Below, piece by piece: positions 43,673-53,561 of a stretch of DNA of 54,800 nt. The position numbers and the translations under genes were made by a program. The number at the start of each line of letters is the position of its first letter. Within the stretch, counting starts at the first letter, position 1. Where the stretch lies: IMG/VR virus record IMGVR_UViG_3300043410_001533, positions 1 to 54,800 of that record. One strand, 5' to 3'. Source of the stretch: a virus. Its lineage: Duplodnaviria; Caudoviricetes. Under the pieces are notes generated by a model. It was not told the origin of the DNA. It ran no database searches and worked only from the letters and a program-made list of their open reading frames with translations.

Positions 43673-46600
43673 AATACACCTTTCAGATATGCCAAGGGCG
43701 ACTTAGCCTTTGGGGGAATTGATTTAAGGGAGCCGCCACGCTTGTGCTTGCGGATTGCTTCCCGCATAGCGTCCAGCTTCTTGGCACCCTCTTTGTTTGA
43801 GCCGTCGCCCAGTGCCGCCACGATCTCCGCGTCGAACACGTATTCACCGTCTGCGAGCTTGGCCGGGATAAGGTCGTCCTGACCGCCGCCCGCGCCCTGT
43901 ACGTAGTGAGATCCTTTGTGGGGTACATCGCCGCCTGACGCCGCCATGAGTGGTGAAGCCATTATTTTACCACCGTCGGCATGGTTTTGTACAGTCCCCC
44001 CATTCATGAACGGTTCGAGGACCTTGGAGTAGGAAGGTTCCGTGCCGTAGGCGTAGTAATCGGCCTCGGGGGTCTTGGGCTGGTCTTCCAGTCCTGATGC
44101 GCGGCGCAGGGCCGACAGTGCTTGTGCTTCTTGGAACATAGGTGTACTCTCGGGCAGTAATGCGCCCAGTCCGGCAAGGGGCGCGATGTTACGGAATCGA
44201 CCACCGAGCCACGTCTCGGCGATGTCGTGATCTTTGGCGGCGTAGGCGGGTTCGTTGAGGGCAACTCCGGCCATCATCCAAGGGAGGACCTTCTTGGTCA
44301 CTGGCGTCTTGGTAGTCGGCGTGGTCTTTGTAACCTTACTAGGGTCCACTATATCGCCTGTATTAATGTCGATGACGGTAGAACCAATCTGAACCAGATC
44401 TTTGTTGATCACGGTGACGGGGCCATCCACACTTGTTACTTCACCAGTGTCGGTGTTAGTGTTGATAGTTACTGTTGTACCAGTATTGGTATCGGTCACC
44501 GTGTTCGTAGTGGTATTAGTATTGGTATCGACGGTCGTATTAGTGTCAATGCCAGTGTTGTTATTAGTATTAGTAGTCGTGGTAACGCCAGTATTTGTGT
44601 CGGTGGTAACAGTCGTATTGGTGTTAGTATTGGTGTTAGTGGTGGTCATAGTCGTTGTGTTCGTGTTAGTATCGACTGTCGTATTCGTAGATATGCCAGT
44701 GTTGGTGTTAGTGCTCGTATTGGTGTTAGTGTCCGTACCGGTGTTAGTGTTAGTGTTAGTGTTAGTGTTAGTGTTAGTACCGGTGTTTGTATTCGTACCA
44801 GTATTAGTATTAGTACCGGTGTTCGTATTCGTACCAGTATTAGTGTCCGTACCGGTGTTAGTGTTAGTGTTAGTATTAGTACCGGTGTTCGTATTCGTAC
44901 CAGTATTAGTATTAGTATTAGTACCGGTGTTCGTATTCGTACCAGTATTAGTGTCCGTACCGGTGTTAGTGTTAGTGTTAGTATTAGTGTCCGTACCGGT
45001 GTTAGTGTTAGTGTTAGTATTAGTACCTGTCGTAGTCGCTGTACCAGTGTTAGTGTTAGTACCTGTCGTAGTCGCTGTACCAGTGGTAGCATTGGATACA
45101 GCGGTAGTTGCGGCATTGGAAGCCGTGGTTACATCAGCACCGGCGGCTATAGCGGCATTGGCGGCAGTTGCGGCTGTAACGTTCACATTGGCACCGGTAT
45201 TATTCGCGGCGGCCACTACTGAGGAGATTGTGCTGTCTACGTTAGCGCCATTACTGATCGCATTGCTCACCGAAGTATCTACGGCTTGAGTGGTGTTGCC
45301 GGTCGATTCGAAGATCGAGGCGAAATCGGTCGCCGCTGATGTGTCAGCTCCAGTGGTCGTAGTGTCACTACCTGTAACTTCAGTGACCGAGGTGTCCACA
45401 CCCTTAGTGGCCCCAGTCGTTCCGGTTCCGGTGCCGGTGTCGCTGATCTTGGTAATGGTTTCGGGGCGGAATGTGCCGTCGGTAGATGTCAGACCTTGCT
45501 CAGCAAAAGCATTTTTCAGCTCGGTGTTCACGTTCGCACTACCATGAGAAGTGCCACTAATACCTGAAATCGTACCGGATGCTTTAGCACCCGTAAAGCC
45601 GCCGACCACCGACTTAGACAATGCAGTGTTGAGATCGTCACCAGTCGCCAGTGCAATAGCGAATTCTTCCCAGCTCTCCTCAGGGAATTCTTTACCAGCA
45701 CCAGCGACGACTTTACCGCTGAATTTCTCCAAGGCCTTTTCGTAGGATTTGATAAGTGCTGTGTCCACCAGTCCAGCAGTACCCATCGTGATCGCACCTG
45801 CAATAATACCATTGCGCTCTGCGATCTTCTCAGCTTGCTCGGGCGGAGTACCTTTTGCGATCTCGTCGTTGAATGTCTGGCGGTTGTTGGAACCCATGGA
45901 TTCCAGAGCATTGGCACTCATATCAGTGAGGAGGCCGAGCATCTTGCCGCCGTATTTGAATGCCGCGCCACCGAGCAACATTGGTAGTGCCTCTTGACCC
46001 ACTTCTTTTGCGGCGGCGACCACCACCAACGGTTGGTCTTTAATCGCTTTAAGCGCGGCGGCGAGTTTCCCGGTGTAGGCTTCCTCCGCCTGCACTTTGT
46101 CCCAGAAATTTTGGTTCGCCTCGGTTACACCGGGGATCTCAGTCTCTTTACCAAGCTTTTCGAGGCTCATACCTAACTGTACCAGCGCATTGTAGCGACC
46201 AACCAGTCCCGTTTGGCTTGCCGCAGTACCAATGTCCGCAATCTGCTCACCAAGTAGCCCAGAAGTGGTCGAGATCAACTGCTTGATCGTATCCGCTTGT
46301 GGACCTTCGAGTGTGTTAGCCCACTTGGACAGGTCCGCAAGTGCGTTATCGATATTGGACACTTCGGTCTTAGTCTCGGTATCAGTGCCGCGATTTCCGA
46401 CTCCGGCGATGTCTACTTTGAACGGACTAGTGTACTTACTATTCTCGTACGATTCGGCCGCGCTGTAAGTCGAGTTTCCAGTGAGCACGTCAGCCAGAGT
46501 CGCGGCTTTGAGCACACCAGTGCCATTCGCAGTGAATTTATCGTAATTCGTCAGGAATTTAGTCTGCTCGGCATCCGTGAGCTGGTCCACACTGGTCTTG

Positions 46601-48243
46601 CCAAGGGACTTAACATACTCGTTCACGAGCTTCGCATCGACTGCTTGCTTCTCGTCAGCGGGCAAATCGCCGGTCGCTTTATTTACGATGTAGGTCTTGC
46701 CGCCAACAGTGAAGGAGTCATTACCCTTCGCAATCGCGAGAGCGGCGGCCTCATCCAGTGAATTCACATCTGCATTGTCGAGATTCAGAGTGTTCTTTGC
46801 ACGGTTGTCGGTGACTTGTGTATTAGTTGTGGTTCCGACCACGGTGCTCGCGGCGTCGAGCGCGTCAGCGTCGGTAGCACCGGCATTTTTAGCTTGCACG
46901 AATGCGTCAGCACCGCTAGTCACGCTTGTAGCCACAGACTTGGCAATGTTAGCATTGGCGAGATTATCAGCCGCTTTGATCGTGTTGTTCAGCCCAGCCG
47001 CCGCATTAATGATGGCGACTTCATTGCCCGAATTCAGGGCGTTGACAAGGTTCAAAGCCGCGCCAGCGGTCTTAGTGTCAGCACTATTGGTCAGCGTTCC
47101 GAGCGAGTTTAACGCCCCGGCGTAATTACCAGCCGCCACATTAGTCGCGACATTATAAGCATTGCCAGCGTCAGCGAGCGAGATTGTGTCGGTGAGCATC
47201 GTGCTACCGGCCATTTTGCCTACGGTATCATTTTGCAACAGCGACATTGCAAGTGCACCCATGTCGCCTTGATCGATTGCTTTGGTGACTCGCAAAGCAG
47301 TGGCGGCATCATTGAACCCAGCTACACCCGCGAGGCTGGCGAGACCGCCGAGCACGTCGCCTTGATCGATCGCAATCGCGGCATTGGCGGCCATGGCGAA
47401 CGGAGCGACACCGGGGATAAATTGTGCAATAGCCAATAGTGGTGCATAATCGCCCACATCACTACTGGAAGCTCCAGTGGTGTAAAAGATAGGACGGCCT
47501 TGCTCATCAAACGCCGCACGAAATGCGGTATTGCCAGAACCTGCGTAAGTCCCTGAGAATGCATTACCCGTGCCGCGCTCGCCATAGTCATTAATCAACA
47601 CTTCACCAGTGTTTTTATTAATGATCTGAGTGACGGTTTGATCGGGTACAGTTTCAGTCCCACTCTCGGTCTCGTATGTATAACCGGGTATTACTGAAGT
47701 CTTTTGGCCGACTTGCGAGATGTCAGTGACGCCTGATGCCACCAGATTCTTAGCCATCGCCTCCGCATTGGCGGCGGCGGATCCGAAGCCTTCACCCGTC
47801 CACTTGGAAGTCGTCCCCTGTGCGAGAATTTGGTCTTTGACTTTATTCACGTCATCGGCGGCCAGATTGTAGGTCTGCCCAGCGAATTGAGCCGCAATAG
47901 TGTTGGCGGCAGGTGTGGTGGATTGTGTGGTGGCTCCAGTGGTCGCCTTTGCAAGTGCACCGGTGGTAGGCTCCACATAATCCGAGGCATCTTCAAGGAC
48001 TGTGCTTTTACCACCAGTAACAGAGGCTAGCGCACCTGTAGCAGGGGCATCGACTATGGGCTGAGTGTAAAGACTATAAGCTTGGGAAATCGTTGGTGCG
48101 CCAATACCTAGCGTGTTTAAATAGTCGATAGCCTGCTGTTGAACAGCGGCGGTATCTCCACCCGCAAGTCCAACGAATTCCCCATACGCGGCGGCGATAT
48201 CTTCGGGTGTGCTGGATGATGACAGGTATTCGTAAAGTGCCAT
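43669..48243 (-). CDS. Large internal virion protein (1524 aa) with Thr-Asn repeat tract
   Basis: C-terminal GAGGGQDDLIPAKLADGEYVFDAEIVAALGDGS..GAKKLD domain; several GG motifs; hydrophobic helices. Confidence 0.7.
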   Translation of the reverse strand: MALYEYLSSSSTPEDIAAAYGEFVGLAGGDTAAVQQQAIDYLNTLGIGAPTISQAYSLYTQPIVDAPATGALASVTGGKSTVLEDASDYVEPTTGALAKATTGATTQSTTPAANTIAAQFAGQTYNLAADDVNKVKDQILAQGTTSKWTGEGFGSAAANAEAMAKNLVASGVTDISQVGQKTSVIPGYTYETESGTETVPDQTVTQIINKNTGEVLINDYGERGTGNAFSGTYAGSGNTAFRAAFDEQGRPIFYTTGASSSDVGDYAPLLAIAQFIPGVAPFAMAANAAIAIDQGDVLGGLASLAGVAGFNDAATALRVTKAIDQGDMGALAMSLLQNDTVGKMAGSTMLTDTISLADAGNAYNVATNVAAGNYAGALNSLGTLTNSADTKTAGAALNLVNALNSGNEVAIINAAAGLNNTIKAADNLANANIAKSVATSVTSGADAFVQAKNAGATDADALDAASTVVGTTTNTQVTDNRAKNTLNLDNADVNSLDEAAALAIAKGNDSFTVGGKTYIVNKATGDLPADEKQAVDAKLVNEYVKSLGKTSVDQLTDAEQTKFLTNYDKFTANGTGVLKAATLADVLTGNSTYSAAESYENSKYTSPFKVDIAGVGNRGTDTETKTEVSNIDNALADLSKWANTLEGPQADTIKQLISTTSGLLGEQIADIGTAASQTGLVGRYNALVQLGMSLEKLGKETEIPGVTEANQNFWDKVQAEEAYTGKLAAALKAIKDQPLVVVAAAKEVGQEALPMLLGGAAFKYGGKMLGLLTDMSANALESMGSNNRQTFNDEIAKGTPPEQAEKIAERNGIIAGAITMGTAGLVDTALIKSYEKALEKFSGKVVAGAGKEFPEESWEEFAIALATGDDLNTALSKSVVGGFTGAKASGTISGISGTSHGSANVNTELKNAFAEQGLTSTDGTFRPETITKISDTGTGTGTTGATKGVDTSVTEVTGSDTTTTGADTSAATDFASIFESTGNTTQAVDTSVSNAISNGANVDSTISSVVAAANNTGANVNVTAATAANAAIAAGADVTTASNAATTAVSNATTGTATTTGTNTNTGTATTTGTNTNTNTNTGTDTNTNTNTNTGTDTNTGTNTNTGTNTNTNTGTNTNTGTNTNTNTNTGTDTNTGTNTNTGTNTNTGTNTNTGTNTNTNTNTNTNTGTDTNTNTSTNTNTGISTNTTVDTNTNTTTMTTTNTNTNTNTTVTTDTNTGVTTTTNTNNNTGIDTNTTVDTNTNTTTNTVTDTNTGTTVTINTNTDTGEVTSVDGPVTVINKDLVQIGSTVIDINTGDIVDPSKVTKTTPTTKTPVTKKVLPWMMAGVALNEPAYAAKDHDIAETWLGGRFRNIAPLAGLGALLPESTPMFQEAQALSALRRASGLEDQPKTPEADYYAYGTEPSYSKVLEPFMNGGTVQNHADGGKIMASPLMAASGGDVPHKGSHYVQGAGGGQDDLIPAKLADGEYVFDAEIVAALGDGSNKEGAKKLDAMREAIRKHKRGGSLKSIPPKAKSPLAYLKGVL
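44445..45085 (-). repeat. In-frame hexamer tandem repeat (ACTAAC/ACTAAT/ACCGGT/ACGGAC) encoding (TN/TG/TD)n
   Basis: Visible GTGTTA/GTATTA arrays and larger duplicated blocks such as GTACCGGTGTTCGTATTCGTACCAGTATTA. Confidence 0.9.
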
Positions 48244-48244
48244 A

Positions 48245-48505
48245 TTAATTCACCGCAGGGTTAACAGCGTTAACGAGTTGCTCGGCCCATTCTTGCCAGT
48301 CATCGAATTGGTAGGGTCCGGGAATGCCTTCGTTCGTGAAGACGTCAATCGCTTTTAATCCCGCCGCCCAGTCTTTCCAGTCTGTCGAGGCATCTGGGAT
48401 GGACAATTGCTGTGGAGCATAAAGTTCGCACATTAGGCAAGCCCATGACTCGAATGTGTGGTAACGAGGATCGTAGACCTGTGCGACGTTTAATGCTACA
48501 GACAT
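48245..48505 (-). CDS. Small Trp-rich tail-module protein
   Basis: YDPRY.TFESWA...WKDWA...PGPYQFDDWQEWA; coupled to its neighbours. Confidence 0.65.
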   Translation of the reverse strand: MSVALNVAQVYDPRYHTFESWACLMCELYAPQQLSIPDASTDWKDWAAGLKAIDVFTNEGIPGPYQFDDWQEWAEQLVNAVNPAVN

Positions 48506-50484
48506 TAGTATGGCCTCACATCGCCCATATCGGCGTCGAGCAGAATTCGGCCCACTTGATAATTACCACCCGCCACATTAGACACGAATTTTAACCGTAA
48601 TTCGCGACGCTGTTCGCGCAGATCGATCTTGCCAGTGTTGGGTTCAAACGTGTAGGGACCTGTGGTAATATCTTCTGATTGCGCGAATGGGCGTCCAGTG
48701 ATGTACAGATCCATTGGTCCATCTTGAACGAAATCAGGTTCAAGTCGCTCCAAGTGCAACGCCCTGTTCTCACCCACGGGAGCAGGTTGTGAGGGGCCGC
48801 CGGAGACCCACCCAAGGTCGTTAGTCTCAAAATATGACTCAATCGCTAAGACTGACGTGTCCTGCACAGCGTCCGTGCCAATTTCGTGTTGCCACAACGT
48901 CACGAAATCAATGACTTGAGTTACGGTGATTTCGAACCCAGACCCAGCGGGAATACTAGCCGAAAGCACATCGCCCACGGCATACCCGTAGCCTTTGTTA
49001 AAAATGGTCGCGGACGTTACTACACCACCAGCAACCACGATATCTGCAGTAGCCCCGGACCCTGTACCACCAGTCAGTGACACACTGTAGTAAGAGCCGT
49101 TTGTATAACTACCACCAGCATCAGTAAGAGTCACACCATTAATACCATCGACGGCATTCGTTTCCCAGCTGGCGGCGATCGGATAGTGGAACACTTGCGA
49201 GAAGAACCCGGCTGATCGGCGTGCACCAAGGGCTTCGCCCGCATCATACCAGCAGTTCTCACGTACATTAAAAATAATCGCGTCAGTACATTCGGTGGCC
49301 GTGCCGCGTGGATAGAACCACCAAATCTCGCCGAAGCGTGGAACCTTTGATACCCACACTTTCTCGCGTTGCGCGTAGTTGAGGTTATCGAAGAAGTAGT
49401 TCTGATTAAAAGTGTTTGGTATCTCTTTCACCACACCATTGTACAGCAAGAATCGGTCAACGCCACACCAGTAGTACACGCCGTCGTATTCGATCACCGA
49501 CTGTGAAGAGAGAATGGAGGATTGTGAAGATATGAGGTCGTAACGCCAGAATTGTGCGGGAGTTCCAACACCACCAATGTAAGACACACGAATCAGTGAG
49601 TCTAGGCTCCAAAACAGACCGGAAGGAGCGTTTGAGCCGCCGCGTACCGGTAGACCTTGTACGATCTTGCCGGTGGCAACGGACACCTCGTTTGCATCTG
49701 CAGACACCCAGTCTTGCACATTACCGGCCGAGCAGTTCTTAATGAGACCATCGTTGCCGTACACAAATACGTACGGGTGCAGGGATACAACACCACCCGA
49801 AACCGAGATATTGTTATTGAACGTTAGAGTTACAGTACCGCTGGCTGTCGCATTAGCAGACAGCACCACATTGGTGGTGGACACTGACACCACAGTCGTG
49901 CCGGATGGAATACCAGTGCCAGTAACGGTCTGACCCGCGCCAATCAGTATATTTGCGGCGGCGAGTACGACTGTGCTATTGCCATTCGTAGTCGTGGCAG
50001 AATCAGTAAAGACACCAATCGCGCTTAGAGACGTTCCGGTGATATTACCGCCCAACACTGGGGTGTTAACGTTATTATCAATCAACGTCAGATTCTGCCC
50101 GGGATGCGCGAGAAGCAAATTATCGCCCGACCCACTAATATCATAAAATGTGTCGAATTGCCACAAATTGTTGTCTGAAGCGGTAAAGCCACTCAGGGAC
50201 ATATCGGTGATACCAGAGCCAACGCCGCTGTTGTTAATTGGAACGACTTGTAGACCTTGTGAATAACCATTAAAAACGTTGTTAAAACCCTGCTGTGGAT
50301 TTACATATATGCCACGAGATGGACCAGACAACCCGGCAGTGATCTGCTTGTATCCGCCGATTTTACGAGGACGGCCGCGCTGAAATCGCACCCATCGGCC
50401 ATCGTTGTAGTATTGCTTGTCGAATATTGTACCATCCCGTTGCACACCGGGCTTCGTGTCAAGCGCGAAGACCTTCTTGGTCAT
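48505..50484 (-). CDS. Tail tubular protein B / P22 gp10-like nozzle
   Basis: KPGVQRDGT..Y.DG.WVRF.RGRPRKIGG; YW.G.DRF.LY.G.V.EIP; FGEIWWFYP; PDF; RELRLKF. Confidence 0.8.
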   Translation of the reverse strand: MTKKVFALDTKPGVQRDGTIFDKQYYNDGRWVRFQRGRPRKIGGYKQITAGLSGPSRGIYVNPQQGFNNVFNGYSQGLQVVPINNSGVGSGITDMSLSGFTASDNNLWQFDTFYDISGSGDNLLLAHPGQNLTLIDNNVNTPVLGGNITGTSLSAIGVFTDSATTTNGNSTVVLAAANILIGAGQTVTGTGIPSGTTVVSVSTTNVVLSANATASGTVTLTFNNNISVSGGVVSLHPYVFVYGNDGLIKNCSAGNVQDWVSADANEVSVATGKIVQGLPVRGGSNAPSGLFWSLDSLIRVSYIGGVGTPAQFWRYDLISSQSSILSSQSVIEYDGVYYWCGVDRFLLYNGVVKEIPNTFNQNYFFDNLNYAQREKVWVSKVPRFGEIWWFYPRGTATECTDAIIFNVRENCWYDAGEALGARRSAGFFSQVFHYPIAASWETNAVDGINGVTLTDAGGSYTNGSYYSVSLTGGTGSGATADIVVAGGVVTSATIFNKGYGYAVGDVLSASIPAGSGFEITVTQVIDFVTLWQHEIGTDAVQDTSVLAIESYFETNDLGWVSGGPSQPAPVGENRALHLERLEPDFVQDGPMDLYITGRPFAQSEDITTGPYTFEPNTGKIDLREQRRELRLKFVSNVAGGNYQVGRILLDADMGDVRPY

Positions 50485-51695
50485 ACAAACGTGCCCCCAG
50501 CAATACCAACGGGAACTTTCATCCCAGTGCTAGTGAGGTCAACTGCCAACGCACCTTCTACAGCGATATTGAAGTGGCCAGCACCAGATCGATAGATACC
50601 AGTGTCAGTTTCCGATGCAAAACTCAAAGAAGGAGCGCCTACTGAGCCATCCGCCAAAGTAATCGTAGTTACTGCGCCAGCCTGTGTCGTGTTGGCATTG
50701 AAGAAGTTTGTGCCATCGCAAGCCAATGTTACTTGTTCGCCAGCAGGAACCACCACAGACGTTCCAGAACCAGTTCCAACGGTCAGCGTATAACCACCAG
50801 CGGTTACAGAGTTCTTGATCACGTACAGATTCACCACGGGCGGATAAACCACTGTGACGTTGCCCGTAAGAGTTCCTGTGTACGTCTGAATGGTGTTTGA
50901 CGCCTCACTAGAGCTTAGGGTGTAAGAGCCAGATGTAACAGCCTTGACCAACGAGGTGTAGAAGAATTGTGAGCTGACACCGTAGCCCACGGTGATGTAG
51001 GTTGTTCCAGTGCAAACAATAAATGCAGACTCAGTCGGCGCAAAAGTCTTGGTAGACGCCCCATCAATGTTGTCACCAGCAGAGATGACCATTGAGCCAC
51101 TGCCGTTGTTCTTGAACAGCGTAAACCAGTTGTTACCCAAAACGGATGTTGCTGGCAATGTGTAAGTGCCTGCACCACCAGACCAGATCAATGTCTGGGC
51201 TCTATCGGTTGTTGCAAAGGTTCCGCCATCAACAATTGATTGAGCTGGATGACTCTGATTCAGCGTAGCGCCATCGGCAACCAAACCAAGGCCAGCCAAA
51301 GTTCCCGCATCAGCGGAAGAGGTTCCCGTTCCAAAGGCGATAGTTCCCCACGTTCCCGTTGTTGTTGGGTTTGCCGTGATGTAAACGTACTTGGACTCAC
51401 CTGCGGCCACAGAGATGATCGTGTTTGTGCCAGCGTAGTCTTTGACTGTAAAAGTGTTGGAGCCGACATTTCGAATTAAGGCATCTTGGCCAACCGAGGC
51501 TTGGTTAGCCGGAGGCATCCACAGGCCCAAACCAGTGGTTGTGGCCGTCACTTGCATGATGCGGGCGGCGTAATCATCAGTTGCGTTGCCGTTGATTGGC
51601 CACTCAAGTTGAGTGTCGGTACTTAAAGTGACGGCGCGATATGAAACGTCGGTAGGTTGAATTACGTTGCCGGTAAAAGGGGAATTATAGCTCAT
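50481..51695 (-). CDS. Tail structural protein
   Basis: S/T/G-rich beta protein; TGTLTGNVTVVYP..LYVIKN; DGSVGAPSLSFASETDTGIYR fibre motif. Confidence 0.7.
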   Translation of the reverse strand: MSYNSPFTGNVIQPTDVSYRAVTLSTDTQLEWPINGNATDDYAARIMQVTATTTGLGLWMPPANQASVGQDALIRNVGSNTFTVKDYAGTNTIISVAAGESKYVYITANPTTTGTWGTIAFGTGTSSADAGTLAGLGLVADGATLNQSHPAQSIVDGGTFATTDRAQTLIWSGGAGTYTLPATSVLGNNWFTLFKNNGSGSMVISAGDNIDGASTKTFAPTESAFIVCTGTTYITVGYGVSSQFFYTSLVKAVTSGSYTLSSSEASNTIQTYTGTLTGNVTVVYPPVVNLYVIKNSVTAGGYTLTVGTGSGTSVVVPAGEQVTLACDGTNFFNANTTQAGAVTTITLADGSVGAPSLSFASETDTGIYRSGAGHFNIAVEGALAVDLTSTGMKVPVGIAGGTFV

Positions 51696-51703
51696 GTGAG
51701 TCC

Positions 51704-52339
51704 TTAACTATCAACCGCAATGGCCTGACGATCCGCTATGCGGAGTTTATCCTCTTCCTTCAGCACAGTCATGATCTGCTTGTATTGAGCTTCCCACATC
51801 GGAATTCGATCATCATTCTTCAGGAAAGGCATGGCTTGCAGAAGCGAACCGTACAAAAGGGCCTGTGGTGCGTAAATTGTAAACCAGTTGGTCTGGTTAC
51901 TACTATCCAGCGGTTGCACTCGCTCGTAGTAGAGCACCTCGAAATCGTACGCCACATCGGGCGTCGGAGCGACCATCCAGTGTGTGTAATCATAATCGCA
52001 GTAATATACCGGCACATCGGTTTGAGCTGGGTCCGGCCAATATTCACGCAGGTACTCGTACTTGCGCAGTAGTACCGGCTTGCGCTCACCAGCGACGGTC
52101 ACGTTCATCGACACAGTCTTGTGCCACCGAGCGGGTTTATCCACCACATTACTGTCGGCCACCATCGTGCTGGTATTGACAGTCAGGTTACCCAAGAATT
52201 TGATTTCAGCCGCGATCACCTGCTCGGCCAGCATAATGAAAAGGGGGATCTTGGCAATCGTAGCGACGTCGGAGCGTTCCAGATAGGACTGGATATTTTC
52301 GACCAAGCTGTCATAGGTCATAACACTTGCGGTCGTCAT
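51704..52339 (-). CDS. Head-tail adaptor (P22 gp4-like)
   Basis: MTYDSLVENIQSYLER...IPLFIMLAE; P.YY..; APTPD..Y..E.LYY; NW....APQALLYGSL.QA.PFLKND. Confidence 0.75.
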   Translation of the reverse strand: MTTASVMTYDSLVENIQSYLERSDVATIAKIPLFIMLAEQVIAAEIKFLGNLTVNTSTMVADSNVVDKPARWHKTVSMNVTVAGERKPVLLRKYEYLREYWPDPAQTDVPVYYCDYDYTHWMVAPTPDVAYDFEVLYYERVQPLDSSNQTNWFTIYAPQALLYGSLLQAMPFLKNDDRIPMWEAQYKQIMTVLKEEDKLRIADRQAIAVDS

Positions 52340-52374
52340 AAGGATCCTTCGCGCGAATGGGGACGTTGGGCGAA

Positions 52375-52403
52375 ATTATACCATGTCTTTAACATCTGGT
52401 CAA
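52375..52403 (-). promoter_or_regulatory. Promoter for the tail/ejection operon
   Basis: TTGACC-N17-TATAAT with TG extension, in the intergenic gap. Confidence 0.65.
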
Positions 52404-52405
52404 TC

Positions 52406-52909
52406 CTAGGACAAGAATAACGCTCGCTCAGCGTCGCGACGCTTTTTAAGGCCCGCGAGCACCTTCCCACCGGCTAAGCAGTACAGCAGAAGAGCGTCGG
52501 CCGCGCCCTCCCAGTCACCCCGATTAATCTTCATCCGAATAGAAGACCGCTGAAAACCGCCCAGTCCGGCATTGAAGGCAAAACTGACGCACGCATCGAA
52601 AGCCCCCTGACGACTAGATAGAGGGGGAGCAAGTCTAAGAACACCGCGTTCAGTAGGGCCGACATCATCCGCGAATAATTTCTCGATCTCTTCTTTTGAC
52701 CAGACACGATTGTCCTCCGTTTTCAATGGGTACTCGCTACGGATCATCCCGCTGTAGCCCTCTTTTCGGACTACTGGCAGTCGGATCTGGTCTTGGTACA
52801 GTACATGGCCGTACCCGATCGTCCAGATATGGGCCGGGCAAAGGTACGGTCTATTCCGATACCCCTCCCACTGGTGCATTAATTTCGCGCCAGCTTCGCC
52901 CAGTTTCAT
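52406..52909 (-). CDS. Endolysin, GH24 phage lysozyme
   Basis: EGYRNRPYLCPAHIWTIGYGH (E-x8-C-x5-T triad), FDACVSFAFNAG, GLKKRRDAERALF. Confidence 0.9.
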   Translation of the reverse strand: MKLGEAGAKLMHQWEGYRNRPYLCPAHIWTIGYGHVLYQDQIRLPVVRKEGYSGMIRSEYPLKTEDNRVWSKEEIEKLFADDVGPTERGVLRLAPPLSSRQGAFDACVSFAFNAGLGGFQRSSIRMKINRGDWEGAADALLLYCLAGGKVLAGLKKRRDAERALFLS

Positions 52910-53409
52910 TTCTTATTCCAGCTACGTGAGCCGAACCAGAAACCAATAATCGCGCCCAGCATGGCCATCTCGTCACTGGAGAAGATGATGTCGGCAACAC
53001 GCACTAAGTCATCAATGGTGACAACCAAGCCGGGGTGTGAATATACGAAGTAGGCCAGCCAAGCATTGATGGCGCACAATTCAAGGATAAAAATATAAGT
53101 TACCGTCGGGCGAACGGTGCCAACGTAGCTGGACACCCATCCAGCGGCTTTAGCCAACACCGCTTTGTCGTGGTCATACGCCGCCACAGTCATTTCGGCG
53201 TCGGTTTGCATCGCGATTTGGTCGGTGCGGATTTCTTCGATACGTTGTTGGGCGGCGAAGCCCTGTGCCAGCATCTGAAGCTCCTTTTCAGTCTGAATAC
53301 GAGCCAACGCTAGTTCATGCTGTTGGTCAGCTCTGTTCTGAAAATATTCGAGCAGTTTTGGTAAGCCTGAAATCAGCAAACCGCCGAGAGTGGAAAATAA
53401 TGAAAGCAT
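52906..53409 (-). CDS. Holin-like membrane protein (3TM type)
   Basis: N-terminal TM helix, WV.SYVGTVRPTVTY, TM helices, GFWFGSR..KK; upstream of the endolysin. Confidence 0.75.
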   Translation of the reverse strand: MLSLFSTLGGLLISGLPKLLEYFQNRADQQHELALARIQTEKELQMLAQGFAAQQRIEEIRTDQIAMQTDAEMTVAAYDHDKAVLAKAAGWVSSYVGTVRPTVTYIFILELCAINAWLAYFVYSHPGLVVTIDDLVRVADIIFSSDEMAMLGAIIGFWFGSRSWNKK

Positions 53410-53561
53410 TACCCTAGTCCTATAGATGTCAGAAACTTGTGAACGATCTTGTTTGACAGTTCATCGGGAAGAAAACGCAGGAAACCAACGACGTACCATG
53501 CGATGCACATACGCACAAAAATCTTGAGAAATTGGTCGAATTGCTTTTGATATTCATTCAC
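53409..53561 (-). CDS. Small membrane protein (50 aa), not in the track
   Basis: GTG start overlapping the previous TGA; MNEYQKQFDQFLKIFVRMCIAWYVVGFLRFLPDELSNKIVHKFLTSIGLG; TAATG overlap with the holin. Confidence 0.6.
   Translation of the reverse strand: MNEYQKQFDQFLKIFVRMCIAWYVVGFLRFLPDELSNKIVHKFLTSIGLG

Noticed and set aside
44227-45289. Plus-strand Val/Leu- and Ser/Val-rich ORFs
   Set aside because: Reverse-frame readouts of the Thr-Asn hexamer repeat
43669-48243. Tape measure protein
   Set aside because: No major tail tube or tail-chaperone genes; neighbours are podovirus nozzle and ejection genes
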